Positions 54,632-64,000 of a stretch of 64,000 bases of DNA are shown one piece after another (position 1 is the first letter of the stretch; each line of letters opens with the position of its first letter). Origin of the DNA: Camelus ferus (lineage: Eukaryota); the NCBI RefSeq assembly GCF_009834535.1, contig NC_045697.1, positions 31,312,001-31,376,000 of the forward strand. The letters run 5' to 3'. Below the pieces are notes generated by a model. It saw nothing but the letters and a program-made list of their open reading frames with translations. It was not told the origin of the DNA and did not search any database. The position numbers and the translations under genes were made by a program.

Positions 54632-56319
54632 ACTTTAGACATGGTTTGTATTTCAATTTTAGAATTGCCATTCCTAATAACTTCCTAAGCCAACTGAAAT
54701 GCATTCAGAATGTGTTGATGTTTTCACACAGAAGTCACAGTTTGGAGTTATAGATACGTGGAATTTTTAAAAATTCTGTGACCCTCTGATAAAACATGCT
54801 AAATTTTGAGTTTAATTTTGTCCCAAAGTTAGTTCTCTGTAAAGGCTCTGCCCAATTTACATCATCTTGTTCATCACAAAAGTTTTGAAAGAGAAATATT
54901 TCATGCAAAAGCAGAAGTGACTTGCTCTAGATCAGGGGTTCATGGAGTGAGTGTTGAAGCTAAGTAGCTTCAGGTTAGGAAAGTGAGGTGAAAAAGTAGG
55001 AAAGCTGTCTCCTTTTTATTTGTGGCATAAAAGGAAACTGGGGAAAGAATATGTTCAGAACTTTCTTTGATGAGTGTAGCACTATAGCATAATTTGCTTA
55101 TTATTCTCTTCTTGTTTTGTTCATGCAGAAGCAATCTTAGATGAACTGAGAAATTAGAAATTGGGTAAGAACTATAATCATGGCAGGATGTTGCCAAAAG
55201 AAGGTACTCCGTGTAGCCTACCCAGACAGGCAATGTATGATAAATAAACTATGGTGAAAGGGTAGTTAATATCAAGATATCAAGCAGGTAACTGGTATAA
55301 TAGATAGATGATAGATAGAGGGATAGGTAGGGACATATATGTATTTCAAAGAAGCAAAATGAGTCCCCAAATTGGAGAATGGACAATGAATAAAGTAGAA
55401 TATCAAGAATAAGTGAAGTGTAAGGTTTTAGACCTAAGGTGGTAAAAATTGAGCAAAAATTCCTGCAGGAAAGGGATGTTTCATACTGGATTAACTCAGA
55501 ATAAAACGAGCAAACAAAAATGAAAACACGTAGTGAAAAATTCAGGATTAAATAAGCACCTGATAATTAATGAAGGAAGGAAAAGAAGAATTATCTTTGT
55601 CTTTCCTCAATTGCCCCTGTATTTTCGTTGGTAGCTAAGAGAGAAAAGGAGCAAAGTTGTCCTCTTGGCACTTCTGTGAGGGAAGGTGTGTCATTACTTT
55701 AGGACACTACCTTGGACTCTGGAGGGACATATGCAGGTGCTAGGATTTCAGAACTATTAGAAAGCAAGTAGATAAAGGAAAAGTCCAAACACTTTTCTCT
55801 TTGAAGTTCTAGAGAAGGAAACGACTCAGAATAATAGGAGCCAATATTGAGAAGACTGTAAGATCACAATTTAGGCTCTCTTAACTTCAGTGAGAACAGT
55901 TATTCGGAGCTCATCTTATATTTATTACATTATATTACATCTTACTAACATTTCCAATTAAAAAAACATTTGGTCTAAAGCACTACATTAAAAATGTGGG
56001 AACTATTTACATGTAGAAATAGGGGTTGAAGTTCAAAATTTGCTGAACTACAGAGTTATGCAAGAGGCTAACCAATTATTTTAACAGTATTTATCAAATG
56101 CTTTATTTATAACAAAGTACCTAGAAATACAGAGATGAGTAAATAATAAGTGTCATGTTAATAGCAAGAACAAAACACTAGAAAAACATAGAGAGAGGAG
56201 GAAGTAGTTCTCTCAGGATGCTCAGCATCGGGTAGCATAGGAGGGGATGGTCCAGTTCGGAGGCATAATTTTTACCACGTTTTGCAGTTTGAATAAGATT
56301 TTGCCTGATGGAGAAGGGC

Positions 56320-56321
<2 letters not shown>

Positions 56322-56367
<46 letters not shown>
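56322..56367. repeat. (GT)23 microsatellite
   Basis: Read directly. Confidence 0.95.
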
Positions 56368-56369
<2 letters not shown>

Positions 56370-57584
56370 AGAGGTGAGAGGCCAGAGATTTCTTCTTTTC
56401 TTCCTTCAGAAGACATAACTTGAGCAAAGGGAAGCGAGACAGCACAACTTGCTTAGGGCTCATGAGACACCCCTTGTGTCTGCTGGGAATCTAGGGTAAA
56501 GGGCGGCAGGAGATTGTCCTGGAAGAAGGTGTAACATGATGAAGAGGAATGTTATGCCTAAAATTCCAGGATAGCTGGAGATGGGAAACTGGAAAGGCTG
56601 GGTGACCTCACAAGGAATATGGAGGTTTTCAATAGCTGGAAAGACTGGAGGTCATGTGAGCTAGGACCAAGGAACATCGGTGGAGGGGAATGGTGGTTAA
56701 TCGAGATCTGGGACTCATCCAAGGCAGAATCAAGTCAGCATGCATGGTATTAAAAGATTAATCCCACAAAAACAGACATAAGATTTTATCAGGTCCAACA
56801 CTCAGTTTACCTGCAGATACTAAAGTGTGCTAACATCCAAAAAGGGGCGGTGGAGGCACCATGGTTCATGGAGATTAGAGCTGGTTATGACCAGAGAATT
56901 ACATCTATTTTGAGCCTTGCTAAGGAGTTTAGCTTTATTCTGAAGGCCACGTCAGAACAGGCCAGAAAATCTGACGGCTAATCCGAAACTGGCATGTTTT
57001 AGAATATTCAAGAAAAATAACTACTCGTAATATCAGCCTTTTAGATTTCAGAGATGTTGATGAGAAATAATAGTACATACTGTAAGCATTGATAAAACTT
57101 TGAAAGTTCCTTTCTGTAAAATATAAAATACTCATTATATAAATCCAAGTCAGGAATGGCAGATCAGTGTTTAACATTGGATGTTCTGTGTTTTCTATTA
57201 TAATGTTCAAAATACAAGTATCACATTTTAATATTTGTCAACTTGCTTTTGTAAAAGTAAATCTTAAATCCTAGCTTAAAAAAAAAGTCAGAACAGACCA
57301 GCATGCCAAGCTCTGTCTTTATTCTTGATTTTTCCCCTCCCACAGGAAAGCATTCAGCCAGCAAAATCACTGACATAACTCTGTTCCTTTTTATCCTTTT
57401 CTCTTTTGATAGTTAAAGAAATTTTCTGGTCCACTGCACCATGCACATGCCCACACACAGACACGAACAGACACATGCACACATGCTCACAAGCACACAC
57501 GCTCACGTCTTGTGCTCTGTTTTAGTTAATTCGTTTCTTTGCATCTGCCCTCTTTGATATCAAAGCAATTAACAGACACATTTC

Positions 57585-57762
57585 TATATGTAAAATAGAT
57601 AAACAACAAGGACCTGCTGTATAGCACAGGGAACAATATTCAATTTCTTGTAATAACATACACTGGAAAAGAATCTGAAGGGAAAATAGATATGTATGTA
57701 TAACTGAATCACCTTGCTATACACCTGAAACTAACATTGTAAATCAACTCTACTTCAATAAA
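57585..57762 (+). mobile_element. Short L1 3' end (artiodactyl type)
   Basis: 'aaatagataaacaacaaggacctgctgtatagcacagggaac..taactgaatcaccttgctatacacctgaaactaacattgtaaatcaactctacttcaataaaa'. Confidence 0.88.
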
Positions 57763-60056
57763 ATTTCTTTTTTTAAAGGTGATATATGGTACATGTGTGC
57801 GGGCTACCATAGTTCCTCCCATCCGTGCTATAGGGCATTGCCCTCGGTGACACAATACTGATTTTCTTTTTGTGTGTGGCAAATCCAAAGGTGGGTGAAT
57901 GTCACATGCCATCTTAGGGAGGAAGTTAAAATGATCAATGTCCCGTCTCGCCCCATAAAATCTCTATACAAGAAAGCAATGGGCCACTTTTATTTCAGAT
58001 TTTATTAATCATTAACTGTATCTTACAGAGAAAAGGTGAAAGAAATGCTTCTTCCTAAACTATGTAAGTCATAAAATTAAGTAAAAATATGAACCACAAA
58101 ACTCAGATTGCCTGACTTTTCTGTACCAACTGCTTTGTTACAATCATTGCCAAAGCCGTGAGTTGGTGAAGATTTAGTACATCTTCAGCTTAGACCGTCC
58201 ATTGGGGGCGCTATTTGAATGTTACATCATGTAAAAAAATTGTAACTTAAGCTATGCAAAAGGTTGTAATCCTATAAATTCTATATAAAGACAACATTCT
58301 GCTATGGAATTTGCCTAAATCCATTGATTCCTACAAATAACTGCAGACAATCTCCTAAGGATTTTACATTTTAAGTTTATAAAAATCGATTTTCATTAAC
58401 CAACACTAATATAAGATTAAACAGATTTTATCCTGAGATTTCTTTGAGTTAAATCACTGTCATGGTTGTAATATTCCATTTCTAAATAGTCATTCTTAGG
58501 AAGTGAACAAGTGTTCAGCAGCACAGATGATCTAAAAGAAGGAATTAATTGAACATCAGGAGAATTAGTGCCTGTAATTTTAAAATATTAAGTTACAGTT
58601 GGACATTTCATAATTAAAAATCCTTTGGGACAAATGAATGCTCAAGCGGAACTCATACTCTATAGCAATGGCTTCAAGAATACATGCCAAACAGATGTGC
58701 TAGATGGTGCTGATGTCTATTTATTTCCACTTATTTAAACAAAGATAAAGGAGACGTTACCACCCCCCCCCAAATATAATTACTTATATTATTGCCAACA
58801 AGCCAAATTTTCCAGTTTCTCTCCATGATGAACAACACAGAGGAGCTAGGCACTGCGTGGTCCAACGCGTCCATGCTGTGCTTGGGTCTCACAGCACGTT
58901 GACAGAGGCGCCAGCGTGGTCCTACAGTTCTTCTCATTAGCCTCTGCTTGAGGGTTGATCACAGATGGCCATTAGCACACAACCAGACTTAGTGAAAAAC
59001 TCAGCTCCACTTGCTGCCCTCTAAGAAATCTAGAGTAGAGCCTATAAAGAGTGAATCCTCAAACAACAGGGTCTTAAATGGGTATAAGTTTGGGGGATAG
59101 GAAATGAAAGTATTAGATAATTAAGTGTATTCCTTTGGCATTTTGGGTATGAGCTTGGGTAAAGGTAATGGCAACATACATTTACTGCCCATGCAGCCTA
59201 GTAAAAGAAACAAGCAAACACTGAACTAGCAGTTAGAGCGCCGAATTTCTGGCCCTAATCCCAATGCTTATCTTCTGATTGGTTTTAAACAATATCCTGC
59301 CATTTTCTGGTATGTTTCTTTATCTGTAAAATGATATATTCAAGTTACATAGGTCTCTTGCAATCTGAATATACAAAGGCAATATAGAAGGCAGGCAGAA
59401 ATAGTACCAGAATTCTAGTGACCAGCTATTGGAAATATTATTTCCAATGGAAAATATTGTGATATTCCATTAGAAAATATTGTTAAGTTCAAATGGAAAT
59501 TTATTGCTAAATAAAAATGTAAACTTTGGAAAAGGGTGAAGACTGCCAGCTTTTGAATGTTCATTAAGTACATGGTACTATACTAAATTCTTACTTGCTT
59601 GTTTAATTCTGCCAACACCATATAAAGAGGTTGTAGTTGTAATTGGTCCATTTTATATAAGTGAATTAATTGATACAAATTCTCAAAATAATAAGATAAA
59701 TAATTAAGGGAAAACTCTCTGCAGATGTAGAAATTCTTATGAAGAACATTGAAATGAGAAAAAAACCCCCAAACTGGGGACCACTTTGTTCTGTAGATGA
59801 TTACTTAGCTTGAAGAGTAAACTTGGAAGCTTGAAACCTTGTGTTCCATTCTTAGTTGTTTTAAGAATTGACCGATTTATTTTCCTTTTAAATTTGTTGC
59901 TCAAATGCATTCAACAAAACAGATTTAATCCCTAGTTTTTGAGGGGATTAGGGAAGGTTGGAATAGGATGCTTACAATGATCTTGGTTTCAAAAAGCTTA
60001 CAGGAGAGCAGGGCACATAAGCCGTGTCAAAAGTAAATGAAAGTTTAAAGCTAATT

Positions 60057-60521
60057 GTTCCAGTATTGATGGGCCAATGCACTTCCTCTGTGTGCTGGAA
60101 TTAGGCGCCCACATTCTTTGCCATGTAAATTTATAGTGCCTTTTACTGTGGGTGGGGCATACATTCCTGCTTCTTTGATTTGGGGATGGGTGAAACAACT
60201 CACTTTGGTCAACAGAATGTGGATGGAGATAGTGTGCAGGCTTAAGAAGCATCCTGAACTTTCACATAAACTCCTGTGCTTCTGCCACTTGTGAATAGAA
60301 GAACATTTGGCAATAGCTGTTTCAGCCTGAGTCCCAGAATGAAGACAGATGGAGGAGACCTGACCCCGAGAGGAAGCCTGGAGTCTAACCTGTCCCAAAC
60401 ATGCCTAGCCTAGATCAATGGCCCTGCAGCCACCTGCATGTCTGGAGGCATGAGAATATGTTTGTTGTAAGCCACTGAGATTTTGATATTGTTTGTCTTC
60501 CAGCAAAACATGATGAATACA
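60057..60521 (+). mobile_element. MaLR solo LTR (MLT1I/J-like)
   Basis: 'ctcactttggtcaacagaatgtggatggag..tcagcctgagtcccagaatga..tgtttgttgtaagccactgagattttg..gaataca'. Confidence 0.75.
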
Positions 60522-60563
60522 GGTCTCAAACTATTTTTAGCAGGAGTCATTTTTCATTTTTTA

Positions 60564-60941
60564 TTTTCATTTATTTACTTATTTTATTTTAAAAATTTGG
60601 AAAAATTTTAGTTGAAGTATTATCAGTTTACAATGTGTCAATTTCTGGTGTATAGCACAACACTTCAGTACTATAGGAACATACATATATTTGTTTTCAT
60701 ATTCTTTTTAACCATAAGTTACTACAAGATACTTGAATATAGTTCCCTGTGCTGTACAGTATAAACTTGTTGTTTACTGAATTTTGTGAGAATCTCCCTC
60801 TATTTTGAAATGAGAGACACTCTGCCAGAGTTCAGTAGGTGTTTTGTGCGGTTCAGTGGGTTTGTAGATGTAATTCTTGGTATATCTGTGGGAGAGGGTG
60901 AGCTGTGAGTCTCTCTACTCCACCATCTTGACTCTCTTCTC
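60564..60941 (-). mobile_element. Internally deleted L1: 5' terminus fused to 3' UTR end
   Basis: Reverse complement starts 'gagtcaagatggtggagtagagagactcacagctcaccctctcccacagatataccaagaattacatctac..acacctactgaactctggcagag' (L1 5'-end-like). It joins at ~60777 to 'taaacaacaagtttatactgtacagcacagggaactatattcaa..' (L1 3' UTR) and an A-rich tail. Candidate TSD ttcatttttta at 60553-60563 and 60942-60952. Confidence 0.8.
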
Positions 60942-61508
60942 TTCATTTTTTAAAATTTCAAATCTGGCAGAGCTGAGTCAGGAGAATTAGTGCATCACTC
61001 CAATAAACTTCTTTGACTACATGTGTACAAATTAAGGATTGTGTGATATACTAGGCTAGATCCTCATTCATCAAATGTTTCATATATTAACTTTATTTCA
61101 AATTATGTCACATGTTAACTCTATTTGAATCTTTTAAACAAATCTATTTTCTAATATTTAATTACAGGAATGTAAAATTTCCAAAGGGAGAGTTAAACTT
61201 TTCCAGTGATGCTAGTTTCAAATTTTAATTTGAATTAATATGTATACAAAGGGATTTTTTTTAGGAATTTGTACTCAGTATGGTGTTAAAATTGAGTAAT
61301 GCTCTTTCCTGTATGAAAGCTTATGAAATCATAACTGAGCTATTAGATTGGAAGCAAATAGTCTCCCATTAACATTACAATTTTAGATGGTGTACATCTT
61401 ACTAAATCAATGTGAAGAGGACTGCAGAAAGCTCTGGTGGCTTTCCTTCTGCTTCTGCAGTGCAGTTAGTACTGTATTGCCCTAAATAATGAGTGTTTTA
61501 TTTTGGAT

Positions 61509-61680
61509 CAGTGCCTTTCAGCTTAAAGGGTATATGAAATATAAGCCACCTGGAGATCTTATTCCAATGCAGATTCGGAGTCAGTAGCCCTAGGGTGGAG
61601 ACTGAGGTTCTGCATTCCTAACTAGTTTCCCGGTTTTACCAGTGCATCAGGTCCATGAAACACACACTGAGTAGCAAGGT
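61509..61680. mobile_element. MER5A-like DNA transposon relic
   Basis: 'cacctggagatcttattccaatgcagattc..gggtggagactgaggttctgcattcctaac..cacactgagtagcaagg'. Confidence 0.75.
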
Positions 61681-62449
61681 CTTAGACTATTTCTTGGAAA
61701 ACAAAAGCCCCCGAAACATATATGAAAGACAGATGGCTAAAGTGGCTATGTGCATGCTGCGCATGGCACAGAATTAAAGAATAATCAGAAATTTGAGTAT
61801 GCAGCCTTAATCACAGATATATTTTAACTAATATTAAGCTTGACTACCTTTACTTTGCTGAATAAATAAATTTGAAATTTTCAGTTAACATCATTCTCTG
61901 CTGTTATTTCAGGATGGCCAAAATATATTTACATAGATAAGTAAATAAATAAATCTCTCTAAATATGTGTGTGTGCATGTGTGTGTAAAATTGGCTTAAA
62001 CATTTACAGCATGTTCTAAAGTGGCAATAATAATTTAGCTATGTGAATTCCTGACCTTGCTTTTTTGCCTGTTTTACTAGTAAATAGGGAAAGTGGAATA
62101 AAATCAAAATAAAATATTCCTATAGAAGAAGAATCCACTCATGACTAGTTTATTAAGCAGAAGTTACGATTTTAGTTGACGGGGGCTAAATATTTAAAGC
62201 CTTGCAAACCACGAGTAAATGAGCTTCATTTTATTCCAGGTGTATTATTTCTGGAAACCACAGCAGTCTTTTCCACCTCTACCTAAGTTTCTAATACCAC
62301 CACTTGTAACTCTGCCAGGATTTAGCTTGCTGTTAATCCCCCAAAACTTCAGAGGATGCACATGTTCTTTATATTTTGAGTTCACACAGAAATATACATC
62401 TCATTATGTTCTGCAAAAGCAAAAACAAACAAAAAATGAAGATCTCTTT

Positions 62450-63150
62450 TCCTTGGGCTTTGATAACCCCTAAGAGGATATTTTATTCTTTATTTCCTTC
62501 TATGATCAAACTTCATGTAACTATGGCTCCATTAGTGTCTTGCTCTCTTTTCCTGCCATTCTTTGCTCTTGAGTTTGCTGCAATCTGGTTTCCGTACACA
62601 GACATCACTAAAGGGTCATAATTAGACACCCCCTCTTAATGTTTTATTGATCATTCAGTGAGATTCCAAGCTTTCTTTGTTATGTTTGTTCTATTTTTGG
62701 TTATCACTGATCTCTTCTTTCTGGGGATTTATAGAGACACTTCAAGCCAGCTTGTTCCCTCTTTCATCGACAGACTCTTCTTTCTTCCTCCTCAACACTT
62801 TTTCAAGCTGTGACTAAGCCCTGTTAATTTTCTTTCCTATAAGAAAAGCAAATAGGTCGCCTTTCTCACTCCTGGATCTCACTGTTTCAGTCCAGTCCCT
62901 TCTCAGTCTTCACTTATAACACACAATCTCTGAAGGCTTCCCAACTTCAGTTTTGCCCCAGTAAACCATTCTTCACACTGACACAAGGTACAATTCTCCA
63001 AAATACAAATATGAGCAAGTGAGTCCTCTGTTTAAAACAATTTTAAGACTTTCCATTACCTACAGGATTAACATGCAAGCTTCCAAATAGCTCATGATAC
63101 AATTCTGCTTATCTTTCTAAACTCATTTCTCATTTCTTCTCTTATACACT
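62450..63150 (+). mobile_element. L2 fragments
   Basis: 'ccattcttcacactgacacaagg..ctgtttaaaacaattttaagactttccattacctacaggat'. Confidence 0.5.
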
Positions 63151-63199
63151 CTTCACAAACTATGGTAAATTATTTTCTTTTTTAGGTAAATAAATGATT

Positions 63200-63620
63200 A
63201 AAATAATCTTTCCCATAGATAGGAATCATCCATTTAAAGTATAATAAAAATTAACAAAAGGAACAAAATGATAAATGGAAAAGTGAATAAGCTTCACAAG
63301 AAATGGGTAAGATCTATGCGAATGAAACTTCCCACTGCTAACAAGACGGAAACGGAGTTTTGAATAAATTAGCTTTCAAAGGAAGATTCATTCATTTGTG
63401 TGTTAGAATATGTCATTTCTCTTTAATCTACAAATTCAGCAACTAAAATAGGGTAAATGTATTCTAAAGTCCATGTAGAAAAGAAAACTTTAAGAATGTC
63501 AAGGACATTCTAAAAGGTTGACTTGTGAAAGAAGGGAAAAGATAAAATATATAAAATAATAAAGCTACATAGTTAAGTAAACCAGTGTACCACAGGTGAG
63601 GAGCAGATATGCTCAATGAT
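63200..63620 (+). mobile_element. Ancient L1 ORF2 fragment
   Basis: A-rich; 'ttaatctacaaattcagcaact..attctaaagtccatgtagaaaag..taaagctacatagttaag..cagtgtacc'. Confidence 0.5.
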
Positions 63621-64000
63621 TGTGTGGCCTTGAAAAAGCTTTTGTTTTAGATTTCTATTAATAGGATTCTCCTGAAATAATCTGACATTACGTCTTATGC
63701 TTCTGGAGATCTTAGTTGTGGTGACAATACAGGACTTTTTCATAGTCACAAGGCATCTTGGGTTATGTCAGTCCTTCCTGGCTTCAGCTCCACTCAGCTG
63801 ACGCCAGGGACGATCCTCACTTACAATATCTGCAGCTAAGTTTCTGAATCAGCTCTGCAACCAAGTCAGAAGAGTAAATGTCCCTCCTCCTCCACGGGTC
63901 AAGGTACAAATAAACGTGCTGCTCTGTATCACATCAGCTGGGGTTAGACCCAGAGGCCACCCCATAGCCCTGGGCTGTTTTAAGGGTTCTTTTTTTGTAT

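Noticed and set aside
58195..58213. CTCF-like 'gggggcgcta'
   Set aside because: Only the 3' half matches; the CCASYAG part is missing.
58880..58912. REST/RE1-like half sites (cagcac..gacag..gcgcc)
   Set aside because: Half-site spacing and core bases do not fit the canonical RE1.

Overview
AT-rich, CpG-poor mammalian intergenic or intronic DNA, most likely from a camelid, based on a Vic-1-type tRNA SINE and the L1 3' ends. I recognise no protein-coding gene, rRNA, tRNA or CRISPR array. The supplied ORFs are short, and most lie in repeats or low-complexity DNA. The window is a layered transposon record. Old elements are MIR, L2, MER5/MER20, MaLR (MLT1) and ERVL LTRs, plus one ERVL provirus remnant with readable RNase H/integrase motifs. 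Younger elements are L1 3' fragments (two 5'-inverted) and a dense ERV1-like LTR cluster at 37-39.7 kb with a nested insertion. The most unusual structure is a ~380-bp element made of only the L1 5' end fused to the L1 3' end, with a candidate TSD (60553-60952). Also notable are a ~199-bp MIR-derived triplication, a perfect 4x37-bp tandem repeat inside an old LTR, and weak candidate exons. I see no evidence for a novel multi-gene system. Repeat family names come from my memory of consensus sequences, boundaries of old repeats are approximate, and both need RepeatMasker/Dfam confirmation.
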